NCBI GenBank assembly: GCA_945859975.1
Contig: CAMAPH010000057.1
Location: 1 to 13,840 of the forward strand
Direction of reading: 5' to 3'
DNA length: 13,840 nucleotides
DNA from: Chthonomonas calidirosea
GTDB lineage: Bacteria > Armatimonadota > Fimbriimonadia > Fimbriimonadales > Fimbriimonadaceae
Translations under genes and position numbers: made by a program
In this document: piece by piece, positions 6,525-13,840 of the stretch
How the letters are laid out: the number at the start of each line of letters is the position of its first letter
How positions within the stretch are numbered: the stretch's first letter is position 1
Notes under the pieces: generated by a model
The model's input: the letters and a program-made list of their open reading frames with translations, nothing else
Databases searched by the model: none
Told to the model about the DNA's origin: nothing

Positions 6525-7193
6525 ATGAATCCTGAGTTGGAGGAGCTTCCGCTATTTCCGCTAAACACGGTTCTGTTCCCGTACGCGTCCATCCAACTTC
6601 ACGTGTTTGAGGACCGCTACCGCGAAATGGTTCGAATGTGCGTGCGAGAAGATCGCCCATTCGGCATCGTTCTCATTCGCTCCGGTGGAGAAGTCGGCGA
6701 AATCGCGGACCCTTACATGGTCGGCACCGCCGTCCGCGTCCGCGAAGTCCACACCTTCGAAGACGGCAGACTGGACATCTATGTTCAAGGCGAGCGCCGC
6801 TTCCGAATCCGCCAACTCGACGACTCCCGCCCGTATCTCGTCGGCTACGTCGAACCCGTTTTCGAAATCGGAATCTCCGACGATTCCCTCGCCGTACAGC
6901 TCATGCTGCAAGCGCGCGAAGAATTTGAACTCCTCGTCCAGCGCCTCTTCGAGCGCCAAGAGTTCGATGTCCAAGTCGTTTTCCCTTCCGACCCGATGGT
7001 CCTCTCCTTCACCATCGCCAACCTGCTGAGCATGGAAAACATCCAGAAGCAGCGCCTCCTGGAAACCACGGACACCCTTGAGCGGGTTCAAGAACTGCTC
7101 CCGATCCTGCGAAACCACATCGTCGAGGCCAACCAGCCCAACTACTACCGAATCAACACCCAAGATCTTTCGGAGTGGGTTTCGCCAAACTGA
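6525..7193 (+). CDS. Lon peptidase substrate-binding (N-terminal) domain protein
   Basis: 'LPLFPLNTVLFP...LHVFEDRYREMV...PFGIVLI...VGT...DGRLDI...GERRFRI' and 'QKQRLLE....ER' are LON_substr_bdg hallmarks. No AAA+ or protease domain. ATG 6525 preferred, with TATACT 9 nt upstream. Confidence 0.92.
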   Translation: MNPELEELPLFPLNTVLFPYASIQLHVFEDRYREMVRMCVREDRPFGIVLIRSGGEVGEIADPYMVGTAVRVREVHTFEDGRLDIYVQGERRFRIRQLDDSRPYLVGYVEPVFEIGISDDSLAVQLMLQAREEFELLVQRLFERQEFDVQVVFPSDPMVLSFTIANLLSMENIQKQRLLETTDTLERVQELLPILRNHIVEANQPNYYRINTQDLSEWVSPN

Positions 7194-7199
7194 CCGGAT

Positions 7200-8066
7200 A
7201 TGCGACGCGGCATCATTCTCGCCGGAGGCTCCGGAACGCGCCTCTACCCCCTCACGATCAGCGTGAGCAAACAGCTCATGCCGGTTTACAACAAACCGAT
7301 GATCTACTACCCGCTCACCACCCTGATGCTAGCGGGCATGCGAGAAGTCCTCATCATCACGACGCCCGAGGACCAGGCCAACTTCCAGCGCCTCCTCGGC
7401 AACGGCTCGCAATGGGGAATCGAGATTCAATACGCCGTCCAGCCCGAACCCAAAGGCCTCGCCCAAGCCTTCACCATCGGCGCTTCCTTCGTCGGTGACA
7501 AGCCGTCCTGCCTCATTCTCGGCGACAACATCTACTACGGCCACGGCTTCACCAACCTGCTCGACCACGCCGATTCCCAAGCCGAAGGTGCCACCGTCTT
7601 CGCCTACCGCGTCCAAGACGCCCGCTCCTACGGCGTTGTCTCCTTCGACGCCGACGGTCGCGCAGAGACGATCGAAGAAAAACCCGCCGTTCCGAAGTCG
7701 AACTACGCGGTAACCGGCCTGTACTTTTACGATTCCCAAGTCGTCCAAATCGCCCGCGACCTCAAACCCAGCGCGCGCGGCGAGTTCGAAATCACCGACG
7801 TCAACCGCGCCTATCTCGAAAAGGGCCAGCTAAACGTCGAAACCATGGGCCGCGGCTACGCTTGGCTAGATACCGGAACCCACGAAAGCCTTCTCCAAGC
7901 CGCCAACTACGTCGAAACCATCGAAGCCCGCCAAGGCCTCATGATCGCGTGCCCCGAAGAAGTGGCGTATCTCAAAGGCTTCATCACTGCCGATGACGTG
8001 CTGAAACTAGCCGAGCCGCTGTCAAAAACCGGCTACGGCCAGTACTTGCAGCGGCTCGTGAGTTAG
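7200..8066 (+). CDS. rfbA: Glucose-1-phosphate thymidylyltransferase
   Basis: '[16 protein letters not shown]...[17 protein letters not shown]', '[11 protein letters not shown]', 'LGDNI', '[17 protein letters not shown]', '[10 protein letters not shown]', '[15 protein letters not shown]'. Confidence 0.97.
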   Translation: MRRGIILAGGSGTRLYPLTISVSKQLMPVYNKPMIYYPLTTLMLAGMREVLIITTPEDQANFQRLLGNGSQWGIEIQYAVQPEPKGLAQAFTIGASFVGDKPSCLILGDNIYYGHGFTNLLDHADSQAEGATVFAYRVQDARSYGVVSFDADGRAETIEEKPAVPKSNYAVTGLYFYDSQVVQIARDLKPSARGEFEITDVNRAYLEKGQLNVETMGRGYAWLDTGTHESLLQAANYVETIEARQGLMIACPEEVAYLKGFITADDVLKLAEPLSKTGYGQYLQRLVS

Positions 8067-8067
8067 C

Positions 8068-9990
8068 TTATTTCGAAGCGACGGCCTTGTCTTCCAGCAT
8101 CTTCAAAAGCTGGAGCCCCATAAGGCCGTTCACCCCGCCATCGGAGCCTTCCGATCCGGTGATGAGCAACTCTGGAATGATCTTCACCTTTCCGCTTGCG
8201 ATCTGTTCCGTCACCTTCAGCCGGGTGAAGTTCTCCTGTCCCATTGCTTCCACCTGAAGCTGGAACGAATGCGCGGTGGATTGACCTTTCGCCATGATGG
8301 CTTCAGCTTCGGCAACACCTGTCTTCGAGATGCGCTCGGCTTCAGCACCGGCAGTGAACCGCGTCGCGTCGGCAGCGGCCGAACCCTTGGCTCGGGTCGC
8401 CTCGGCGTCAGCATTGGCTCGCAGCTTGGTGGCTTCCGACTCCGCGCTGACTTGCAGCTTCAGACTCGTCGCGTCACCTTCCGCCTTCTTAACCGTGGCA
8501 TCTGCCGTGCGCTGGGCAATCTCGACGCTTTGCTGCGCCTTCACGATCTCGCGCTGCATGTCGGCAATGGCGGTTTCCTTTTCCATGCCCTGGCGCTGCT
8601 CTTGCGCCATTCGCTGGGTCTCGTAGGTCTTCTGCTCTTCCTGCGCGATCTTTCGGTCGGTCAGGGTTTTCATGAGCGCTTCCGGCGGCACAATGTCGCC
8701 AATCAAGGTGTCCACCGCGTTGACGTTGTACTCATCCAACACCGCGCGAATGTGCTCCTTGGCCGACGCCTGACGCTCCTTTCGGGTGCTAAGGAAGCTA
8801 ATGACATCGCTATCCTGCGCCGAGTTTCGGAAGTAGTTTCCAATCGTCGGCTCCAAGACCTGCGACACCAGGTTCACCATGCTGCCAAACCGTCCGATGA
8901 CCTTCGGCGCCTCGGTGGCCGGCACGTGGATGATCTGCGACACGTCGAGGTTGTAAGGGAATCCGTCCTTACTGCGAACCGTGATCGTGCACAGATGCTT
9001 GTCGAGCGCGTGCGATTCCGTTCGCGCGTTCGCCCAGTTCAAGACTAGGTTGGTTGTCGGGACCAGTTCCACCTTCATCGTGTACTTGTTGATCGGGTAC
9101 TTGCCGGGTCCGAGTGGTTCTACCCACACGCCGCGGTAGCCCTTCTCCACGATGTTTCCGTGGCGGAAGTGCTCGCCCGTCACGTCCTCGCCGTCTTCGC
9201 CAATGTACGAAATCACGACGCCCACGTAGCCGATGGGAACGTCGGTCATCGGGATTTCTTCAATCTGAAGTCCCCAATGGTTGATGAAGTAGCTACCGGC
9301 CAGGATCACCTGCGGCTGCAAACCACGGTTGCCGCCGAGGGCCAAGAATTTGTCGAAGTCTTGGAAGTTGTTGTGGCCGTCGATCTGCTCACCAGCGATC
9401 TGGCCCTTACGAATCGGCGCGCCGTCCAGAGCCGTCACGATGCCGACCATGTTTTCGTTGATGACGGTGATGTTATGAAGCGATACCGTGAAGGCCAGGG
9501 TATTGATTCGGTAAGTACCTGAGGTCAGCACGTGGGTTTGGCGACCCTTTTGGCCACCGGCATCCAGGAACCGGACGGTGTCTTGGAAGTTGTCGCATTC
9601 AACTTTGCGAGCAAGGATGTTTCCGGTCGGCAACTCGTTTCCGTCATTCGCCAGAACGAGGCCAATCTTGCCTTCCGGCACCACGGTGAACGGCGCCATG
9701 GCAACGGAAAATTGCCAGGGCCACATCATCCAGTACAGGCCAGGTGCCAGGGTACGAGCCTGAATACCAGCCTCGCCTTGGGTCGCGAGAATTCTGCCGT
9801 CCGGCAGCTCGCGATGCGCCCCGCTTAGGGCGAACTTCTTGGTGACAATGCCAATTCGGTCTTCGGGGACGATGACCATCCCGAAGAGCACCCGCAGTAC
9901 GGGTTTGAAGGCAAAGATAAGGATCGGGAAGATGAGAATCCACCAGAAAGAGATCAGGGTTTCTGGGGCTATGGTTTGTGCAAAAAGCAT
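8068..9990 (-). CDS. SPFH/flotillin family protein (long form with N-terminal TM and repeats)
   Basis: 640 aa. N-terminal TM, four 'G..G.....L..G.Y' repeats, SPFH core 'ITVRSKDGF..LDVSQIIH...LEPTIGNYFRN..Q', and Ala/Glu-rich flotillin coiled coil 'AEGDA..A.AEA..A.AEA'. Confidence 0.9.
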   Translation of the reverse strand: MLFAQTIAPETLISFWWILIFPILIFAFKPVLRVLFGMVIVPEDRIGIVTKKFALSGAHRELPDGRILATQGEAGIQARTLAPGLYWMMWPWQFSVAMAPFTVVPEGKIGLVLANDGNELPTGNILARKVECDNFQDTVRFLDAGGQKGRQTHVLTSGTYRINTLAFTVSLHNITVINENMVGIVTALDGAPIRKGQIAGEQIDGHNNFQDFDKFLALGGNRGLQPQVILAGSYFINHWGLQIEEIPMTDVPIGYVGVVISYIGEDGEDVTGEHFRHGNIVEKGYRGVWVEPLGPGKYPINKYTMKVELVPTTNLVLNWANARTESHALDKHLCTITVRSKDGFPYNLDVSQIIHVPATEAPKVIGRFGSMVNLVSQVLEPTIGNYFRNSAQDSDVISFLSTRKERQASAKEHIRAVLDEYNVNAVDTLIGDIVPPEALMKTLTDRKIAQEEQKTYETQRMAQEQRQGMEKETAIADMQREIVKAQQSVEIAQRTADATVKKAEGDATSLKLQVSAESEATKLRANADAEATRAKGSAAADATRFTAGAEAERISKTGVAEAEAIMAKGQSTAHSFQLQVEAMGQENFTRLKVTEQIASGKVKIIPELLITGSEGSDGGVNGLMGLQLLKMLEDKAVASK

Positions 9991-10073
9991 ACGTGTGCGG
10001 CACCACCACCACCGGGGCGTCGTTCCGCATCGAACGGGTCTCGTTGGCGCGTTGCGCCTCCGAGATTAGAACG

Positions 10074-10104
10074 GGGACCTTCAATTTCGGGTTGCGAAGG
10101 TCCC
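10074..10104. promoter_or_regulatory. Inverted repeat GGGACCTTC-N13-GAAGGTCCC next to a TTGACA box upstream of the SPFH gene (operator or terminator)
   Basis: Perfect 9-bp arms at 10074-10082 / 10096-10104. TTGACA on the - strand at 10116-10111. A T5 run follows on the + strand. Confidence 0.45.
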
Positions 10105-10127
10105 AGTTTTTGTCAAGGGCAGCTTGG

Positions 10128-10529
10128 TTAGCGGGCTTGGAATCCGGCGACAACCATCTCGTAAAGAGAGGCAACGCGTCGTGAGGATCGTGTGTCGTAT
10201 GAGTTGCTCTGGTAGATGTCCAAAACTGCTTCTAGAAGCAGGCCGACTTCCGGCGCACCAAGATCGTATCCACCCTGGACCTTGATACTGCGAGTTTCCG
10301 TGGCCAAGATCGACTTGTTAAGCTTTGAATTCTCAAGCAATTGTCGCGACCGATTTTTCCAGCGTCCGTCCGCAAAAACAAATCTTGCGACATCCATCGC
10401 CGATTTCAGCATTTCCGCCTGCGGATGTTCGGCCGAATCGAGGGAACTTAACCCCTGATGAAACTTCTCACCGGCGACCATCGTGAGTTTACGGGCGGCG
10501 GGGGTTAGGGTACGGGAAGGATTTGTCAT
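10128..10529 (-). CDS. Hypothetical protein
   Basis: 133-aa ORF filling the gap between the ThuA and SPFH genes, co-oriented with both. GGTATCTT motif upstream. No family recognised. Confidence 0.65.
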   Translation of the reverse strand: MTNPSRTLTPAARKLTMVAGEKFHQGLSSLDSAEHPQAEMLKSAMDVARFVFADGRWKNRSRQLLENSKLNKSILATETRSIKVQGGYDLGAPEVGLLLEAVLDIYQSNSYDTRSSRRVASLYEMVVAGFQAR

Positions 10530-10554
10530 TAGAATGCTCTTCCGGAAGATACCG

Positions 10555-10592
10555 AAGCTAGCCGATTAGAAACCGGATTTATCAGCTAGCTT
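10555..10592 (-). terminator. Stem-loop downstream of the ThuA-like gene (possible terminator)
   Basis: AAGCTAGC (10555-10562) / GCTAGCTT (10585-10592), extended by a G-U pair and GAT/ATC on the - strand. 12 nt after the stop. No strong U tract. Confidence 0.4.
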
Positions 10593-10604
10593 GGCAAAAC
10601 GGCC

Positions 10605-11270
10605 CTACGAAGCGGCCCAAAGGAACCCACGTCGCATGAGTTCTCGCGGAACTTCGGCTTCGAGAACTACTCTCTGGTGGCCGAGGGCGTTGTAGAAGAC
10701 TCGTCCTTCGCCGTACCACTTGGTGTAAACCTGCGGCATTCGGCAAGGGTTCTGAACGTGTCGTCCCGGCGCGCCTGGGGTCGGGAAATTGCAGTAGGCT
10801 AAGGTGTTCACGCCCGGATCGACGTGGAGGTAGTACTGCTCGCTGACGACCTCAAAGTCCGGCAAACCCGCGGAAATTTCGTGCGGGTTGGTTCGATCGA
10901 AGTGAACGTAGTATCGGAGTCCATCGTTGCCTGGGTGCGAAACCCACTGGCTACCGGTCATGAACTGCCACTCGGTGTCGTTTCGGAACGAGTCGCACAT
11001 GCCACCGTGGGCTCCGGCGATGCCTACGCCATGTTCGGCAACGGCGGAAGTCACCGAGGCGCTTTGCTCACCAGTAATCGAGCCCATCGTCCAAACCGGC
11101 ACGATGAGATTCTGAGATTTGACAAAGTCAACATCCAAAAAGGCATCGAGCGTGTCGGAAACCTTCACTTCAAACTGCTCCGCTCGCAGGATCTCGGCGA
11201 ACAGGTCTGCCACCGCCTCCGGTTCGTGTCCATCCCATCCACCCCATACAATTAGCGCCTTCTTAGCCAT
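10605..11270 (-). CDS. ThuA domain (trehalose utilisation-like, class I glutamine amidotransferase-like fold) protein
   Basis: 'KKALIVWGGWDGHEP', 'G.GIAGAHGGMCDSFR....WQFMTGSQWVSHPG', 'SEQYYLHVDP', 'YGEGRVFYNALGH', 'RRGFLWAA'. Confidence 0.9.
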   Translation of the reverse strand: MAKKALIVWGGWDGHEPEAVADLFAEILRAEQFEVKVSDTLDAFLDVDFVKSQNLIVPVWTMGSITGEQSASVTSAVAEHGVGIAGAHGGMCDSFRNDTEWQFMTGSQWVSHPGNDGLRYYVHFDRTNPHEISAGLPDFEVVSEQYYLHVDPGVNTLAYCNFPTPGAPGRHVQNPCRMPQVYTKWYGEGRVFYNALGHQRVVLEAEVPRELMRRGFLWAAS

Positions 11271-11276
11271 GCCGAT

Positions 11277-11284
11277 AGGCTACC
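11277..11284 (-). promoter_or_regulatory. GGTAGCCT -10-like motif 6 nt before the ThuA-like ATG (leaderless promoter candidate)
   Basis: GGTAGCCT-atcggc-ATG on the - strand. Confidence 0.55.
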
Positions 11285-11325
11285 TTTCGACTGCTGCCAA
11301 AAAAACTTTGAACAACTTGGACTAG

Positions 11326-12054
11326 GTGAAACACCTAACCGATGTGAACTCAACAAGCAAAATCCTTGCCCTCCTCACCGTTGGGCTACTGGTAATCAGC
11401 ACGAAGGCGATTCCCCCCATGCAGCAGAACGCACCAGAAGAGAAAAACATCATCGTCGTGTCAGGCGACGGACAAGCCAAAACCGACCCAGATATGGCCA
11501 TCGTCAGCGTCGGAATTTCAAAACAGAGCAGCACCGCGAAGGCCGCGCAAGATTCCGTCAACAAGACCGCAACAGCGATTCGCGATGCCGTTCTCAAAGT
11601 TGTGGGCGACCGAAAGCTTATTCAAACTAGCGGGCTCTCGCTTTATCCGCAATCGAACCAAACCGGCAAGACCATCGGCTACCAGGCCAGCAACATGATC
11701 ACGGTCACGGTCAATGACATCGCGAAGGCTGGCGATGTAGTGGATGCGGCCACCGATGCTGGAGCCACCAATCTCAACGGCATCTCGTTCGGGCTAAAAG
11801 ACCCGAAGAAAGCTCGTGCCGCCGCCCTTAAGGACGCCGTCGCGGACGCAAAGAGCAAGGCCGATTCGCTCGCCGAAGCACTCGGTGTCACCATCACGGA
11901 GATCGTGCAAGTCACAGAAGGTGGATCGAATTCGAACCCATATCCGATGCAGTTCAAGGCAGCGGCAATGGAAATGAGAGATGGAGCCCCCATTGAAGCC
12001 GGTCAGGTTGAACTCGGAGCAAGCGTGACGATCAAATACCGCTTCAGCCGCTGA
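11326..12054 (+). CDS. SIMPL domain (DUF541, Bp26/YggE-like) periplasmic protein
   Basis: Signal-like N-terminus. 'IVVSGDGQAKTDPDMAIVSVGI', 'IQTSGLSLYP', 'GYQASN', 'AGATNLNGISF', 'ALKDAVADAKSKADSLAEALG', 'PIEAGQVELGASVTIKY'. Start could be GTG 11344. Confidence 0.93.
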   Translation: MKHLTDVNSTSKILALLTVGLLVISTKAIPPMQQNAPEEKNIIVVSGDGQAKTDPDMAIVSVGISKQSSTAKAAQDSVNKTATAIRDAVLKVVGDRKLIQTSGLSLYPQSNQTGKTIGYQASNMITVTVNDIAKAGDVVDAATDAGATNLNGISFGLKDPKKARAAALKDAVADAKSKADSLAEALGVTITEIVQVTEGGSNSNPYPMQFKAAAMEMRDGAPIEAGQVELGASVTIKYRFSR

Positions 12055-12415
12055 CGATCTTACTGTACAGATAGCCGTCAAGCACCAGCAGGTTGATTCC
12101 CTGAACGATCACGGCAATCCCCGCTCCACGAACGCGGGGGTTGCCGAGCACCAACAAGGTGATGCCAACCGCGACATAGGCCACGTTCAGACCAAGATTG
12201 AACGCGAGCAAATCATCAATTGTCTTTGGATCAACTTTCGGATTAATCCGTCCCGGCAGCGCAATGAGGATGTTCACGACGCTCCATCCGATGGTCATCC
12301 AACCGAATGACCCGACCGGATCGGGCCGACGCATCAGAAAGAGCCCCAGGACGATAAATGCGATGGCCACGATGATCAACCGATCACAGTGCGCGACCAT
12401 CAGGCTTTCCAGCAC
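12044..12415 (-). CDS. Small integral membrane protein (DUF6992-like)
   Basis: About 4 TM helices. Motifs 'FGWMTIGWSVVN', 'NLGLNVAYVAVG', 'GAGIAVIVQG..LLVLD'. GTG start overlaps the hisI stop (TAGTG), suggesting translational coupling. Alternative ATG at 12400. Confidence 0.7.
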   Translation of the reverse strand: MLESLMVAHCDRLIIVAIAFIVLGLFLMRRPDPVGSFGWMTIGWSVVNILIALPGRINPKVDPKTIDDLLAFNLGLNVAYVAVGITLLVLGNPRVRGAGIAVIVQGINLLVLDGYLYSKIVSG

Positions 12416-12774
12416 TAAGCCACCCGTTCGGCATTGACGGCCAAGCCGTCTTCCGAAACATCCCGATAGAAGCACGACCGGAAGTTCTCGTGGCACGCCG
12501 CTCCGACTTGCTCCACCTGCAGCAACAGGGTGTCTTGATCACAGTCCACCGAAACGCGCTTCACGTGCTGGACGTGGCCGCTGGTTTCGCCTTTGATCCA
12601 GAAACTCTGGCGCGACCGGGACCAGAACGTGGCTCGTTTGGTCTCGATGGTTCTCTGCACCGCCTCGCGGTTCATCCAGGCCATCATGAGTACTTCTCCG
12701 TTCTCATGGTCCTGAACGATGGCGGGGATGAGGCCATTTGAGTCAAATTTGAGTCCGTTCAGGATGTCTTCCAT
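12415..12774 (-). CDS. hisI: Phosphoribosyl-AMP cyclohydrolase
   Basis: '[19 protein letters not shown]', 'FWSRSRQ..W.KGETSGH.Q', 'DCDQDTLL', 'GAACH....SCF'. Monofunctional (no HisE domain). ATG 12774 preferred (119 aa). Confidence 0.96.
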   Translation of the reverse strand: MEDILNGLKFDSNGLIPAIVQDHENGEVLMMAWMNREAVQRTIETKRATFWSRSRQSFWIKGETSGHVQHVKRVSVDCDQDTLLLQVEQVGAACHENFRSCFYRDVSEDGLAVNAERVA

Positions 12775-12780
12775 TCCTTG

Positions 12781-12788
12781 AGGGTACC
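12781..12788 (-). promoter_or_regulatory. GGTACCCT -10-like motif 6 nt before the hisI ATG (leaderless promoter candidate)
   Basis: GGTACCCT-caagga-ATG on the - strand. Confidence 0.55.
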
Positions 12789-12822
12789 GCCGAGCCAAAT
12801 TCGGAATATCCTATTGGGCACC

Positions 12823-13840
12823 TTGGCAAATCAATTCCGTGAGCGATGGGCGTACGTTTTGCTCGCCCTTTTGCCCATGGCGGGCTTCTGGTTCACCGGG
12901 CTCTTCGACCTTGACGAAGGCTTTTACGGCGCGGTCGTCTCGGAAATGAATCGGCGTGGCGAGTGGATCACCCCGTACTATGCGGGGCAGCCATGGTTTG
13001 AAAAGCCGATCCTTCTCTACTGGCTCGCCAAACCATCACTGATGTTCTTCGGTGAGTTTGTAGGCCCTCGCCTGCCCAGCGTTTTCTGCAGCTTAGGCAC
13101 GCTCTGGATCATCCGGAAGTTTGCTGAGAAGCACTTCGGCGAGGACGCCGGCCAAGTTGCGCCACTCGTCCTGGGAAGCTGTCTCCTTTTCGCGATTCCC
13201 GGACAGTTGATGATGACGGATCCGGTGTTGCTACTTTGCTTGACCGGGGCTTTTTTGGGGTTCTGGAACTCGATGTCTGCCCCAAATCAGCGATGGAAGT
13301 TTGGGCTTTGGCTTGGACTGAGTGTTCTCGCGAAAGGGCCGGTTGGTGTCCTGCTCTGGATCCCGATCGCAATCTGGGTTTATGCCGCTTTGCCGGAAAA
13401 ACGGGCTGGGCTCAAAGGTGGCTGGCTGCTTGCGCTCGTCGTCTTTTCGCTTGCGGTTGCGTCTTGGTACCTCCCGGCTTACTTGATCAATCGAGACCAG
13501 TTCGTCCAGAAATTCTTGATCGAGCAGAACCTTCAGCGGTTCACCGGCGGAGACGAAGCGCACACCTGGAAGAATCCGCTGGCTTACCTGTACTTCATCC
13601 CGGTGATCCTTCTTGGCGCGGGACCTTGGCTGTTCTATGCCTACCGAAAGCGCGGTGAATCGGATGAAACCGAGCGGTACCTGACGGCTTACGCGATCAT
13701 CATTTTCCTTTTCTTCTCGCTGAGCGGGGCAAAGCTCGTCCACTACGTGATGCCGTGCTTGCCGCCGATTGCGATCCTCGCGGCGGTCCGACTCTCGAAA
13801 TCGACCAAGTCCATCAACCTTCCGGTCTTCGGCACCTTGA
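12823..13840 (+). CDS. ArnT/PMT-like (GT39/GT83) polyprenyl-phosphate-sugar-dependent glycosyltransferase, 3'-truncated by the window edge
   Basis: Open frame from TTG 12823 to the window end, absent from the ORF track because it has no stop. Translation shows 'LFDLDEGFY...EM..RGEWITP......WFEKPIL.YW', 'RLPS', 'TDP', 'LAKGPVG', 'WY', 'FFSLS.AKL.HYVMPCLPP' and many TM helices. Confidence 0.9.
   Translation, partial: MANQFRERWAYVLLALLPMAGFWFTGLFDLDEGFYGAVVSEMNRRGEWITPYYAGQPWFEKPILLYWLAKPSLMFFGEFVGPRLPSVFCSLGTLWIIRKFAEKHFGEDAGQVAPLVLGSCLLFAIPGQLMMTDPVLLLCLTGAFLGFWNSMSAPNQRWKFGLWLGLSVLAKGPVGVLLWIPIAIWVYAALPEKRAGLKGGWLLALVVFSLAVASWYLPAYLINRDQFVQKFLIEQNLQRFTGGDEAHTWKNPLAYLYFIPVILLGAGPWLFYAYRKRGESDETERYLTAYAIIIFLFFSLSGAKLVHYVMPCLPPIAILAAVRLSKSTKSINLPVFGTL

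Noticed and set aside
6436..6660. N-terminal extension of the kinase in the ORF track
   Set aside because: Overlaps the divergent Lon-N gene and its promoter region. ATG 6435 is more plausible.
8269..9828. Several + strand ORFs inside the SPFH gene
   Set aside because: Antisense shadows of a well-supported CDS.
13231..13743. 170-aa - strand ORF and 140-aa + strand ORF 13236-13658
   Set aside because: Shadows of the ArnT-like gene, which is read in another frame.

Overview
Bacterial chromosomal window with GC-rich core genes. The gene set and promoter style suggest Armatimonadota/Fimbriimonas-like bacteria, but this is an inference only. Core genes, in order: SRPBCC/cyclase-fold protein plus PhyH-family Fe(II)/2OG dioxygenase; orphan GAF-PAS histidine kinase divergent from a Lon N-domain protein plus rfbA; long flotillin/SPFH protein with four N-terminal repeats; orphan 133-aa ORF; ThuA-like protein; SIMPL/DUF541 protein; small membrane protein; hisI; and an ArnT/PMT (GT39-like) glycosyltransferase that runs off the window and is missing from the ORF track. 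Between about 1260 and 4720 is a lower-GC accessory block of five co-oriented (- strand) unknown genes, separated by spacers carrying several different GTAG/GTTG/GTGG-hairpin REP-like elements. At its kinase-proximal edge (4551-4712) is the most unusual structure: two direct arrays of five 10-bp units (consensus CAAAGCCAC-N) flanking a perfect 12-bp AT-rich inverted repeat (GTAATTAATTAA-N18-TTAATTAATTAC). This layout recalls the centromere/iteron architecture of plasmid R1 parC. A recurring GGTAnnnT motif sits just upstream of many start codons and suggests leaderless or short-leader transcripts.
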